Source: an uncultured Bacillota bacterium
GTDB taxonomy: Bacteria > Bacillota > DTU025 > MWDF01
Direction of reading: 5' to 3'
Length of the DNA: 64,000 nucleotides
NCBI GenBank assembly: GCA_963823655.1
Contig: CAWGMK010000010.1
Span: forward strand, 96,001-160,000
Shown: in pieces, positions 45,836 to 56,142 of the stretch
How positions within the stretch are numbered: position 1 is the stretch's first letter
Layout of the letters: each line of letters begins with the position of its first letter
Made by a program: the position numbers and the translations under genes
Notes under the pieces: generated by a model
Told to the model about the DNA's origin: nothing
The model's input: the letters and a program-made list of their open reading frames with translations, nothing else
Database searches by the model: none

Positions 45836-46518
45836 GCGTGCTGGCGCTGCACGGCATCAGCTTTCGCTACAAGTCGGCTAAAAAGCCGATATTGTGCGGG
45901 CTTGATCTCGTTTTGGAGCGCGGCGAGTGCGTAATGGTCTCAGGGCCGTCAGGGGGCGGAAAAAGCACGCTATGCCTTATAGCTTCCACCATAATCCCCA
46001 CAAGGATTGCAGGCGAGCTTGCCGGAAGCGCCGAGCTGATGGGCGAAAGCACAGCCAAGCTGGGCCCGGCGGGGGCCTCGCATCACCTGGCGTTCGTAAT
46101 GCAAGAACCTGAATACTCTATGATAATGCCCACTGTGGAAGAGGAGCTGGCCTTCGGCCTGGAGAGCAGGAGCTGGCCTGCCGGCGAGATCTCAGCTCGC
46201 GTTGAGGAGCTCATCGAGGCCTTCGGGCTTGGTTCGCTTCTGGGAAGGAATCCCGTGAAGCTCTCCGGCGGGGAGAAGCAGGCAGTGGCAATCGCCGCGG
46301 CAATCGCCCCGAAGCCCACCCTTCTTATCCTAGATGAGGCCTTCTCCGGCCTGGACAACGAGAGATACGCCCTTGCCCAGGTACAGATTAAGAAGCTGAA
46401 GGATGAAGGCTCGGCAATGCTTCTGGTTGAACACACCGCCAATGGCAGAAGCGTTCATTCATGGGTGGACAGGCAGCTGCTGCTTGAAGGCGGATTGCTG
46501 GCGGAGGTGGCGCGGTGA
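45832..46518 (+). CDS. ECF ATPase (A)
   Basis: GPSGGGKST, VMQEPE, EEELAFG, LSGGEKQ, LDE. Confidence 0.88.
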   Translation: MSVLALHGISFRYKSAKKPILCGLDLVLERGECVMVSGPSGGGKSTLCLIASTIIPTRIAGELAGSAELMGESTAKLGPAGASHHLAFVMQEPEYSMIMPTVEEELAFGLESRSWPAGEISARVEELIEAFGLGSLLGRNPVKLSGGEKQAVAIAAAIAPKPTLLILDEAFSGLDNERYALAQVQIKKLKDEGSAMLLVEHTANGRSVHSWVDRQLLLEGGLLAEVAR

Positions 46519-47193
46519 AGGAAGTAAGATTCGATGCCGTGCATTACTCCTATCCTCCCGACAGGAACGGGGAGCCTGGCAGGAAGGTGTTCTCAGGGCT
46601 CACCATTGAGCTTGAGCCGGGAAATGTGTACGTAATGACCGGGCCAAATGGCAGCGGGAAGAGCACCTTGGCAAGGCTTATGGCAGGCATAATTCATCCG
46701 GATGAGGGCAAGGTTTCAATCGGCGGCAAGGATGTTTTGGCATTGAGCCTTCCTGAGGTAGGCAGGTCGGTAGGGCTCGTGATGCAGGATCCCTCAAGGC
46801 AGCTTATCATGCAGAAGCCCGCGGATGAGATAGCATTCGGGCTAGTCCACAACGGAACTGGGAGGGAAGAGGCCCTTAAGATCGCCGAGAAGGTGCTTGA
46901 AGAGTACTGCTTGACGCGGGGCGTCAGGGACGTTTACCCAGAGGCTGTCTAAGGGCGAGCAGGTTAGGCTGGCGATGGCATCTGTCGCGGCGCTCAATCC
47001 CGACTGGCTGGTACTGGATGAGTCTTTCGCAAGCCTAGATTCCGGCACAAGCAGCATAATCATGGCCAAGCTCAGGCAGATGGTGCAAAAAGGAGCCGGC
47101 GCGCTGGTCATATCCCACTCCGGGCTTATCTTAGAAGAGCTTAAGGGCATAAGGATAGATATGCAGAAGGGGGGCGCGGCGCTTGTGGGCTGA
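46515..47193 (+). CDS. ECF ATPase (A'), frameshifted near 46920
   Basis: GPNGSGKST, VMQDP, EIAFG; LSKGEQ and VLDE in the second frame. Confidence 0.85.
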
Positions 47194-47914
47194 TATCGAC
47201 CCCAGGCCGAAGCTTTTTGCGGCCCTGTGCCTGTCCTCCATGGCCCTGATGGCAAGGCAGGCGGGCTCCTCGATCCTGCTTCTGCTGCTTAGCATCGCTG
47301 CATTCATGGCCTTCGGCGTGGATCTGCGAAGGCCGGCAAAGGCTCTGGTGCGCCTCGCCCCTGTGTTGATGACAGTTGCCCTTATCCAGATACTGCTCAT
47401 CAAAAGCGGGGATGTGCTGGTGAGCGCAGGCGTCATCCGGATCGTCACGACAGGCGGGCTGAGAGCTGCGCTGTTCATGGCCGTAAGAGTGGGAGTCATC
47501 GCAAGTTGCGGCTTTATCATAGGAAGCATAGGCTTTTCGGATTTTCTTCTGGCGATGAAGGCGATAAGGGTGCCTTACGAGCTGTCATTCATTTCAGCGA
47601 TGGGTGCGAAGCTTCTTCCACTTCTGGCTGAGCAGATGAAGGATTCTCTGGTATCGGCACAGCTCAGAGGCGCAAATTTATCTAAGATGGGGCTTATGGC
47701 CAGGTTCAGGCTTTACACCGATGTGCTGATGCCCGCCACAGTGACTTCGATAATGAGGGCTGAGCAGATATCCTGGTCGCTGGAGCTGAAAGGTTTCGAT
47801 CCGGGCAAGCCCCGCACATACTGGCGCAGGCTTGACATGTCTACGGGGGATTGGTTGGTCTTTCCCGCCTGCCTGATTGCCATTGGCGCGTTTCTGATTT
47901 TGAATTATGCCTGA
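47183..47914 (+). CDS. ECF transmembrane T component
   Basis: DPRPKL, AQLRG, LELKGF. Confidence 0.85.
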   Translation: MWADIDPRPKLFAALCLSSMALMARQAGSSILLLLLSIAAFMAFGVDLRRPAKALVRLAPVLMTVALIQILLIKSGDVLVSAGVIRIVTTGGLRAALFMAVRVGVIASCGFIIGSIGFSDFLLAMKAIRVPYELSFISAMGAKLLPLLAEQMKDSLVSAQLRGANLSKMGLMARFRLYTDVLMPATVTSIMRAEQISWSLELKGFDPGKPRTYWRRLDMSTGDWLVFPACLIAIGAFLILNYA

Positions 47915-47926
47915 TAGGAGGCCATC

Positions 47927-48439
47927 ATGAAAGTTTTTGCCGTATCCGGTCTTCATGGCACAGGGAAGACCACCGTTGTGGAAAACTTGGTCAGGGAGCT
48001 CTCTTCAAGAGGGCTAAGAGTCGGCACGGTCAAGGATATACATTATGAGGGCTTCTCTATGGACAAGGAGGGCACCAATACCTGGAGGCACATGCAAGCG
48101 GGAGCCTGCATGGTGGCGGCCCGCGGGCTCAGGGAGACCGATTTTCTTATACCCGCCAGATTGGCCATGGCCGACATCGTCCGGAAGTTCGACACCGACG
48201 TTGTCATAATCGAGGGGGGACATGAGGAGGATTACCCGAGGATTACATGTGCCACGATGCCTGAGGACGCCGATTTGAGAATAGATGCACGTACCTTCGC
48301 AATATCGGGTTGCCTTGCCGAATGCATGGCGGAATATCGAGGTTTCAGGGTGTTCAATTGCCTGATCGAGGCAGGGCTACTTGCCGACCTGGCGCTTGCC
48401 TCATCGCTTGAGCTTGGCACTAAGGGAAGCGAAGTATGA
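47927..48439 (+). CDS. mobB: Molybdopterin-guanine dinucleotide biosynthesis protein B
   Basis: GLHGTGKTT, VGTVKDIH, DKEGTNTWRH..AGA, IIEG. Confidence 0.85.
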   Translation: MKVFAVSGLHGTGKTTVVENLVRELSSRGLRVGTVKDIHYEGFSMDKEGTNTWRHMQAGACMVAARGLRETDFLIPARLAMADIVRKFDTDVVIIEGGHEEDYPRITCATMPEDADLRIDARTFAISGCLAECMAEYRGFRVFNCLIEAGLLADLALASSLELGTKGSEV

Positions 48440-49270
48440 GGGCCGACGCGATTGATTTGAAGATTGCGCCTCTGGCCGGGGCTGTCGTTAGCGTGATGGC
48501 CGAAGCGGATGGCAGGATATCCAGCGAGGAGGCGCTTTCGGTACTTCCCGGCTTCGAAGGGGCTTTCAGGCTCAATTCGAGGAAAGGCACCTGCTTTGAG
48601 ATTAGGTTTGCCGGTTCGCCGTCAATCTTCGCCAAGTTCCTGGAAAATGAGCAGAAGGCGGAGAATGAGAGAGTTTGCGCAAGGCTCCTTAACGATTGCG
48701 GCATCAGCTGCCCGGCGGTGCTGGCAAGATCCGGCAAAGCGATCGCAAGGCGCTTCATAGAGGGGAATACGGCATCGGACGAGCTGGATACGATACAGTC
48801 CTGGGGCGATTGCCCGGCTGCGCTAAAACTGTGCGGCAAGATAGGCGGCATGTTGCGCCAGGTGCATGGGATAAGCACTGAATGAAGCAGCGTCGTTGGC
48901 ACTTAACGATTTGAATTTGAAGAACTTCATTGTATCCCGAAGAGGAGAGCTGAGCCTCATAGACCTCGAGGATGCGGGCGTTGGGCAGGCAGCGGTGGAC
49001 CTGGGGGCGCTTATAGTGCACATCCTGACCCACAGGCCGAGCTTCTCGGAGCTCTCCTGGCAGATGGCCGAGGCCGCCTTCGATGGTTATTGCGGCCCTA
49101 CAGGCCCCGATTTCGGCCTCGAGGAGTGGAAGGAAGGCCTGGATACTGCAATCAGGGATGCATCCATTAGGAGGAAAGACCCGACTCTTGTAGAACAAAT
49201 GCCGGGGATACTTGCGCGCGCATCAGAATGGAGACTGCCAAAAAGCGAAGGGAGCCGGTTGACGCGATGA
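48436..49270 (+). CDS. APH/choline-kinase-like phosphotransferase, frameshifted near 48880
   Basis: FAKF, RFIEG, LRQVH, NDLNLKNFIV, LIDLE, DLG. Confidence 0.7.
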
Positions 49271-49812
49271 AGGCCAAGGAGCTTACGCTCGGTGCTCTTT
49301 TCACGGCCCTGATGATAGCGGGGGCTTACATCGCCTTGCCGACCCCTCTCCTGCCTGTGACATTTCAGCCGTTTTTCAGCGTGCTTGCAGGCTCGATATT
49401 AGGGCCCAAGCTAGGTAGCATGTCTGTTGCGGCATATATTGCGATCGGCCTTGCCGGAGTACCCGTATTCGCGGGCTTCACAGGAGGCATCGGCAAAGTG
49501 CTTTCGCCTTCATTCGGTTTCATACTGGGCTTTTTCGGAGCGGCCTTAATCACGGGCGCAATGCTCAATAAAAAGGAGGCCACTTTTAGAAGTGTGGCGC
49601 TGGCTTCCACCGCCGGCATCCTCGCAATATACCTGATAGGTGTGCCATACATGTATGGCGTTTTCACGCTTGTGTCCGGCAAGGATGTGACTTTTACCGC
49701 GGTCGCGATTTCTATGGTGCCGTTCTTCATTAAGGATCTGGTACTTTCATTGGCTGCAGCTGGCCTTGCGGTTAGGCTCATACCTGTCGCCAGGATGGCA
49801 GTCAGGTCCTGA
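49267..49812 (+). CDS. bioY: Biotin transporter BioY
   Basis: PVTFQ, YIAIGLAGVPVFAG, PSFGFILGF, IYLIG. Confidence 0.92.
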   Translation: MKAKELTLGALFTALMIAGAYIALPTPLLPVTFQPFFSVLAGSILGPKLGSMSVAAYIAIGLAGVPVFAGFTGGIGKVLSPSFGFILGFFGAALITGAMLNKKEATFRSVALASTAGILAIYLIGVPYMYGVFTLVSGKDVTFTAVAISMVPFFIKDLVLSLAAAGLAVRLIPVARMAVRS

Positions 49813-49837
49813 TTCCCGCCCCCGTTCAAGAAGGCGT

Positions 49838-50464
49838 TTAGGCCTTCGCAACATTGCCCTGTTTCTTCAGTGGGAGCGTTATGCCCATATAGATCATCAC
49901 ACACCCTACTATTACGCTAAGGGCTTTGATTACGCCGTCCGGCAGGAAACCCTTCATGAAGCCTCCCAGAACCGCCACAAGGCCCAGTGAAAGGGCCGTG
50001 GACAGGGCGCAACCGATGCCGAAGTATACCAGCTGGGCGCCCGAAAGGCGCTCTTTTGCCACTTGCGAGGAGAAGACCCCTCCCCAGAAGATTATGGTAA
50101 GCGGATTGGATGCGGTAAGCAGGAAGCCGCGCATAAAGTTGCCACCTGCGGATGACTCTTTGAACAGCGCGATTTTGGGCAGCAAGGAATAGCCGAAGGC
50201 GCCAGCTAACGCATCAGCGCCGAATGCTATCAGCACAAGCCCGCCGAATAGCAATAGCGCTTTCCGGACCGAGTCCTTCTTAAGGAAAGCGGCCATCCCG
50301 AAGCCGGCAAGGGTTATGTAGATGGCGTCAACGAGAGTAATCGATGCCATAACGACCAGCCCGGGGATTATTCCCTCTTTGCTTGAAGTGTTGAAGACCA
50401 GCAGGCACATTGGGCCCACTACAAGCTGCAGCAGCATACCGAATTTCAAGCCGCGAAGTATCAT
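49838..50464 (-). CDS. LysE-family translocator
   Basis: VGPMCLLV, GFLLTASNPLTIIFW. Confidence 0.88.
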   Translation of the reverse strand: MILRGLKFGMLLQLVVGPMCLLVFNTSSKEGIIPGLVVMASITLVDAIYITLAGFGMAAFLKKDSVRKALLLFGGLVLIAFGADALAGAFGYSLLPKIALFKESSAGGNFMRGFLLTASNPLTIIFWGGVFSSQVAKERLSGAQLVYFGIGCALSTALSLGLVAVLGGFMKGFLPDGVIKALSVIVGCVMIYMGITLPLKKQGNVAKA

Positions 50465-50513
50465 GAATTACCTTCCATCCGCATATTTGCCCATTTAGGA
50501 TTTCAGGGCAGTG

Positions 50514-51245
50514 CTATCTACCAGAAAGCTTTAATATCGCCTCTTCCATTTTCAAAGCATCATACCACGACTGCCTCAAGATTACCGTACCGTCCTTGCC
50601 TATTAGATAGGCGATGTTCGGCGCGGGCCCGTAAGTGAACCAGACGGGGTTGTCGAACTCATCTACAAGAACCGGTATGCGGATATGGGACTCCTCGATG
50701 GTCTTTTTGGCAAGTGAGACCCTTTGATCGTAACTTTGCGGCTGAAGAACCGGGGCGCCATTCTCGTCCTTGCTGAAAGCAGCCGGCCACTCCTTGGTCG
50801 AATATGGGCTTACAGAGCCTACAGGATGGGCCTCTATTGTGTAGATGATCAGGAAGTGTGCAATGTCCTTGAACTTCCCGTGAAGCTTGTCTGTGGCAGC
50901 CAACCGCTGCCTGAAGGGCGGTCAGGTGAAAGAGCCTATGATCAGGACGACAGGCTTTTCGGAAAGCAGGTCCGATAATGTGTGGCTTACACCCTCAGTG
51001 TCCTTCAAAGTGAAATCGACCGCCATTTGAGCCTGTGCGATGCCGACCCTGGAAAATGACGCCTGCCCCGGAAGCGGCAAGCCCCTTAGGAGCACCCCGG
51101 GCAATGAAGGCGAAATGCCTGCTTCTTTGCCAATCAAAAGGCCGGCAAAAGCGGGACCTGGCAGAAGAAGGCATACGGCAGAGGCCAGCGCCGCTACAAG
51201 CAGCAATCGGAATATCCACATTGAAGAAACCCTTCGCGCTTTCAT
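50514..51245 (-). CDS. Secreted deiodinase-like / thioredoxin-fold selenoprotein (UGA=Sec at 50922-50924)
   Basis: ORFs 50922-51281 and 50514-50903 are in frame across one TGA: DFTLKD..KPVVLIIGSFT-U-PPFR..IYTIEAHP..R..A..VLVD..YGPAPN; ATG at 51245 after GGAGG. Confidence 0.85.
50895..50911 (-). promoter_or_regulatory. Putative bacterial SECIS hairpin
   Basis: GGCAGC-GGUUG-GCUGCC begins 11 nt after the in-frame UGA. Confidence 0.65.
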
Positions 51246-51309
51246 ATTGACCCCTCCCGTTTGATTATCTTTGAGTAGCATAATTCTTTACTTGACTGCA
51301 AATGCCCCG

Positions 51310-52582
51310 CTAAAGTCCTAATGAGGCCCTCATCTTGCCGAAAAGAGCCGTGTTATCGTAGTAGCCTTGGAAAAGACCTTCGCCTGGCCCCCGGGCGCTT
51401 ACGACTACGGGCACTGCCGTGTGCGAGCTGGTCCCCCAGGAGATGTTGGCCCTTGCCGATACCATCCTGCCGATCTCCCTTGCCGGATCGGAGGACGCGG
51501 CGATTAGCTCCATGCCGTCGCCCTCAGTATGGCTCAGATGAGCCTGCGAAGACAGAATTGAATATAGGCTGCTCCAGTCCGAGGCGGCATCGGCTGCCAT
51601 TTGGGATGCGCTGGAGCGCACGCTCTTCAGATATGGAATTCCGATCTTGTAGCCGGCCGCGGCCCCCAAGGAGAGCCCGCCGGTCTCGTGGTCGGCTGCG
51701 ACTATCACCAAAGTGTCGCCACGGGTACGCGCATAGTCAAGGCAAACGGCAACAGCTTCGTCGGTTGACAGCATCTCCGCTAATGCGCCTGCCGCGTCGT
51801 TATCGTGCGACATCCGGTCTACCGCACCCGATTCCACAAGCAACATGAACGGCTTATCGGATTCTTCCAGCAGGGCAAGCCCCTCCTTGAGCATGTCAGT
51901 GAGCCTGGCCTCATCCTTCTGCCTGTCAATTTCCGGGGTGAGCTCCTCGTCCGCGAGAAGGCAGATGGCGGGTAAGCTGGCGGAAGCCCTTAAAGAGGGG
52001 AGGCTGTAGTAAAATGCGGGTCCCTTCCTTTGAGCAGGCTCGCCTTTATCCGCATTGTCCGATGCCGGCTTTATATAGGACCTGCCGCCGCCGATCATTA
52101 AGTCTATGCCCGATGAGAGCAGCTGGGTCGATATGTTCTTCTTGGCAGTGCGGTCGAACTCGCTTGCGTACATGGCGGCGCACGTTGCGTCGTACAATGC
52201 CGATGTCGTAATTATGCCGGTATTCATGCCTTTGGCCTCTGCCAGCTCCATGATGCTGGTAAGCTCGTCCAGCTCCTTGTCGTAACCCAAGACGCCGTTG
52301 TAGGTCTTCTTTCCGCAGAACATGGCGGTGGCCGAGGCGGCAGAGTCGGTGATGTCCAAATCGACGCTAGACGTCAGCATAAGCCCAATAAAAGGCATGT
52401 TGTTCATGACAAGCCCTTTGTCCAAAGCAAGCTCCCCGAGCTGCCTGTGGGAAGGTCCCATGCCGTCCACTATGAAGATGATGAGATTTCCTGGCGGGGG
52501 CGGCCGAGTAAACTGCACCAGAAAGGATCATAAGGCCCGCCAGCAACGTCAGGAATATGCGGAAAAGGGTACTTTTGCGCAT
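51310..52582 (-). CDS. Alkaline phosphatase, frameshift just after the signal peptide
   Basis: IVDGMG, TDSAASATA, VESGAVDRMSHDND, ADHETGG, HT; signal peptide lies in ORF 52367-52582. Confidence 0.9.
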
Positions 52583-52681
52583 CGCTGCCTCCCGGCTTGT
52601 AATAGCCTGATTTTACACCAATGGAGGCGAATCCAAATACCCTCATGTTATAATCCCCTCTGAAGGGAAGGTAATGAAACA

Positions 52682-53683
52682 ATGAGAAGAAGAGTTCTGC
52701 TTATCCTGCTTGCAGCGTTGCTCGCTGCATCATTTACGACTTTTGCAGCGCCTCCCACCTACCACGATGTAAGGCCGGGCTACGGCGTAAGCGGGATAGG
52801 ATGGCTTTCGGATTACAACCCGACGCTTTTGGGCACCAACGGCGACACGATGGTGTTCTGCCTTGACAGCGGAAAGCCCGGTATGGACGTGTTTGTGCTT
52901 GGCGGCACGCACGCCAATGAGATAGCCGGAATACTAACAGCCACGCTTCTTGTGGAAAGGGCTGAGGTAAAGGCCGGTCGCCTTTTCGTTATTCCTCATG
53001 CGAACAACAGCGCATCAATGACGGCCGACACAAGAGGGGGCGGCAAGCTCACCAAAGTAGAGATACAAGCCCTGTCCGGCACAAGGGTTTTCGCATACGG
53101 GGACAGGTACACGAGGGTGGAAGACCAACCAGATTTCGCAAAAGAACCCCTTGGGGCCGAATCCCGCAACTTGAACAGGGTGTATCCAGGCAAACCGGAT
53201 GGGACGCTTACTGAGAAGATAGCATACGGCATTATGCAGCTCATCGCCAAGGAGAGCATAGATGTGGCCATAGATCTGCATGAGGCCAATCCGACCAGCA
53301 CGCTGGGTTGGACTATCATCTCCCCCAACGAGACTCTGGATGTGGCAGTGCTTACCGCTTTCGAGCTGGAGGACAAGGGGATAAGGATGAGCCCCGACAG
53401 GAGCGGTCCCGGTTTCGCAGGCTACAGCCACTGGGAGTGGAGCAGGCTGGGGGCGGCGGCATTCCTGCTGGAGACCGTGAATCCTGGGATGGAGACCGGC
53501 AAGATGGCAGATCCTGTCGTAAGCGAGACATATCCAATCGCCAAAAGGGTTGGAATTGACCTTGAGACAATACTGATGCTGATAAAATACCGGGCGGAGC
53601 TTACGGGCGGGTCTTTTGTAGTAGAAGGCGTGCCCAGCTATGCCGATCTGATGAAGAACGGGCTGGCCAGTTATCTGAGATAA
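52682..53683 (+). CDS. Secreted succinylglutamate desuccinylase/aspartoacylase-family (M14-like) hydrolase
   Basis: GGTHANE, RNLNRVYPG, IDLHEA, LET. Confidence 0.85.
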   Translation: MRRRVLLILLAALLAASFTTFAAPPTYHDVRPGYGVSGIGWLSDYNPTLLGTNGDTMVFCLDSGKPGMDVFVLGGTHANEIAGILTATLLVERAEVKAGRLFVIPHANNSASMTADTRGGGKLTKVEIQALSGTRVFAYGDRYTRVEDQPDFAKEPLGAESRNLNRVYPGKPDGTLTEKIAYGIMQLIAKESIDVAIDLHEANPTSTLGWTIISPNETLDVAVLTAFELEDKGIRMSPDRSGPGFAGYSHWEWSRLGAAAFLLETVNPGMETGKMADPVVSETYPIAKRVGIDLETILMLIKYRAELTGGSFVVEGVPSYADLMKNGLASYLR

Positions 53684-53700
53684 GGCCTTAAGATAGAACG

Positions 53701-53740
53701 AAGCCGCGCTCTCCTCTTTTTGTGAGGTGAGCGCGGCTTT
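53701..53740. terminator. Terminator between convergent genes
   Basis: aagccgcgctc...gagcgcggctt. Confidence 0.75.
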
Positions 53741-53755
53741 AGATTTCTCCAAGGG

Positions 53756-54922
53756 CTAGTAGATCTTGTCTATCCTCTGGATTATGGCGTCTGCGAACCT
53801 AATGGCGCGGTCCATGATCTCCTTGTCCATCTTATCGAAAGTGTCTGAAGGCATATGCCAATGGGGGGCGAAGCCGTCCCTTTCAAGGCCGATCAGAGTT
53901 ATCGCCGGAATGCCGTTTATTATCGAATTGCTCGCCTCGGTGCACCCACCGGTGAGGACCGAAGGATAGGCGTTGAATTCCGGGCCGCCGGCTACTGATT
54001 TAACAATTTCAAGAAGCTTCCTGTCGGGCCTGAGCGGCAGAAGCAGCCCCTCCTTCACAATATAGGACGGGCCAGCGCAGCCTAGCATCTCGAAGTTAAG
54101 AGTCATAGGGTTTATGAACTCCGCCTTGTGCGTCTTGAAGAAGTGCACAGCCCCTTCGTGCAGGGATTCTTCGCTTCCTGAACAGACCAGCCAGAGGCGG
54201 GTATTGTCCAGAGGATGCGCTTTGAACCATTCGGCGAATGTCAGCACAAGGCCGGCGCCCGTGGCATTGTCGTTGGCTCCGGCTGTGTACGGCGAAAGGT
54301 CCGCCTCCAGGGTTATTGCGATGAGTGACAGCGCTGCCAACAGGGATATGAAGCAAATCCTCCATACGATAAGCCCCGTGGACGGCCAGATGAGGGAGAG
54401 GCCGAACAGCACGGTCTGGACTACCAGCAGCCCCATCGCCACATTTGACCAGACGGCATAGATCTTCCTCCACTGCTTGGACGAGAAAATCAGCGGCGTG
54501 CGCTGCGTATCGATGTGGCCCATGAGAATCAGCTCGCGCTTAACAGTCCCCTTGGGATCCTGTTTCGCGTATACATTACGGCTTAAGTTCCTTGAGCCGA
54601 AGGCGCGCATGAGATTGGACCGCAGAAGCAGCTCCTGGAATTCCGACACAAGGGCAAACGCCGAGATTATGAACGCGACGAAAGGCATCCTCAGATATAT
54701 GAGGTAGGCAATGGCGAAGAGTATTGCCACTACCATATGAGGCCTGAATACCGAAGACTGGCTTACGAACTGCTCGACGACGGGCTCGTGGCCCATCTGC
54801 CTGAACTGCCCTTCGCAGTACTTGGCGCCCTTTTCCTCTTCCTTGCTGCCCGAGCCCCTGGCCCCTATCTTCGAAGATAGCCCTTCGACATGGGCAAGCC
54901 AGGTCTGAACCCTAAGATCCAT
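53756..54922 (-). CDS. Membrane-associated M28-family peptidase
   Basis: GHIDT, GANDNATG, GSEE, NFEMLG, WHMPSDT. Confidence 0.88.
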   Translation of the reverse strand: MDLRVQTWLAHVEGLSSKIGARGSGSKEEEKGAKYCEGQFRQMGHEPVVEQFVSQSSVFRPHMVVAILFAIAYLIYLRMPFVAFIISAFALVSEFQELLLRSNLMRAFGSRNLSRNVYAKQDPKGTVKRELILMGHIDTQRTPLIFSSKQWRKIYAVWSNVAMGLLVVQTVLFGLSLIWPSTGLIVWRICFISLLAALSLIAITLEADLSPYTAGANDNATGAGLVLTFAEWFKAHPLDNTRLWLVCSGSEESLHEGAVHFFKTHKAEFINPMTLNFEMLGCAGPSYIVKEGLLLPLRPDRKLLEIVKSVAGGPEFNAYPSVLTGGCTEASNSIINGIPAITLIGLERDGFAPHWHMPSDTFDKMDKEIMDRAIRFADAIIQRIDKIY

Positions 54923-54950
54923 ATTTTCTCCCCCTTTAGGTCCGATTCAA

Positions 54951-54980
54951 TTGCAATTACATTATCACACAATGTATGAT
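54951..54980 (+). promoter_or_regulatory. Putative sigmaA promoter for the riboswitch leader
   Basis: TTGCAA-18 nt-TATGAT immediately 5' of the RNA motif. Confidence 0.55.
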
Positions 54981-54994
54981 TCCGAGTAAGAAAA

Positions 54995-55097
54995 CCGCGC
55001 TCCGAGCCGGAGGGCCTAAAGCGAGAATGGCCAAGGATCTCCGGCCGATAGGGCCAGGGCGGAAACACCCTGACCTCCCTTTTGGAAAGGATTGCGG
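54995..55097 (+). ncRNA. Moco RNA motif riboswitch lacking P3 (Tuco-type)
   Basis: CUCCGAGC..CCUAA..AUGG..GGCCG..AGGG..GAAA-capped stem..CCUCCC.UUUUGGAAAGG in the expected order; lies upstream of Moco-fold genes. Confidence 0.85.
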
Positions 55098-55113
55098 GGG
55101 GCTTGCATTTATT

Positions 55114-55150
55114 TGCCGTGCCTTCCGATTGGGGGCACGGCATTTGTTTT
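55114..55150 (+). terminator. Intrinsic terminator acting as the riboswitch expression platform
   Basis: tgccgtgccttc-cgatt-gggggcacggca followed by tttgtttt, just before the RBS. Confidence 0.8.
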
Positions 55151-55162
55151 GGAGGTGCCAGG

Positions 55163-56131
55163 ATGAAACCGGCGATTAGAATCAGGGCTATTGTGCTGGT
55201 CTGCCTTTCTTTAGCGCTTATGGCATTAGCCTTATCGGCCCAGGCCGCAGAGAAGGTGCAGATTAAGCTTACCGACAGGTTGGGCACATCCCAGATCGTA
55301 AATGTTTCGGCCCTGCCGCAGCTGACATACAAGGCGGCATACAAGCGTTCATCAGGGACGATAGTCGGCCCGTTCACTTACACAGGACCCTCCATGATGT
55401 CCATACTGGCACTTATGGGCGGCGTCCATAAAGGCGATGCCGTGCAGCTCATTTCCGACGATGGCTACAGGATGAGCCTTACTTTCGAGCAGTTGTCGGG
55501 GGAAGTCACTGTATACGACGAGAAGGGTGAAGCCCTTGACGAATTCAAGCGCCCGGTGATGATGCTTGCCCTTTCATCAGATAATCCCGCATTTGCTGCC
55601 GGCAACCCCAGAGCCATATACGCTGGTCCTGAGACGCCGCTGACCGATGGACACACGTGGGTCAAGAGCATAGTAGAAATCAAGGTCATCCCGCTGGTCA
55701 AAGAGTGGGTGCTGGAGCTGAAAGGCGCAGTACAGGCCAGGATGGACAGGTCCACATTCGAAAGCCTTGCCACTTGCCCCGTTTCCCCGCACCCGGGATC
55801 GGAGTTCGGAACAGAAGCATCCGCATATGCGGGCACACCGCTTTGGACTCTTGTGTCCGTGGTGGACAATGTCGAGGCCGAGAACGCGCATTACACATTC
55901 GACAGAAAGCTCGCCAAAGAGGGCTATATCGTCAGGGTCATATCGAAAGACGGCACCTACCTGGACATCCGCTCCCAGGATATGGCGGATGAGCCCGGTA
56001 TATTCATGGCTTTCACCAAAGGTGGAGCCCTGCTCTCTGAAGAAGAGGGGCCCCTTATGCTAACAGGGCCCAAGGTCGGCAAACCCCTCAAGAACATAGT
56101 GGCGATAGAGCTTATAGGCTTGAATAAATAG
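55163..56131 (+). CDS. Secreted protein with two molybdopterin-binding oxidoreductase-like domains
   Basis: Signal peptide; YTG..SDDGY..PR..WVKSIVEIKV and YAGTPL..SKDG..GPL..KNIVAIEL. Confidence 0.75.
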   Translation: MKPAIRIRAIVLVCLSLALMALALSAQAAEKVQIKLTDRLGTSQIVNVSALPQLTYKAAYKRSSGTIVGPFTYTGPSMMSILALMGGVHKGDAVQLISDDGYRMSLTFEQLSGEVTVYDEKGEALDEFKRPVMMLALSSDNPAFAAGNPRAIYAGPETPLTDGHTWVKSIVEIKVIPLVKEWVLELKGAVQARMDRSTFESLATCPVSPHPGSEFGTEASAYAGTPLWTLVSVVDNVEAENAHYTFDRKLAKEGYIVRVISKDGTYLDIRSQDMADEPGIFMAFTKGGALLSEEEGPLMLTGPKVGKPLKNIVAIELIGLNK

Positions 56132-56142
56132 GAGGCATTGAC

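Noticed and set aside
48883-48885. TGA in the phosphotransferase as selenocysteine
   Set aside because: The downstream half is in a different frame, so this is an indel; no redox motif.
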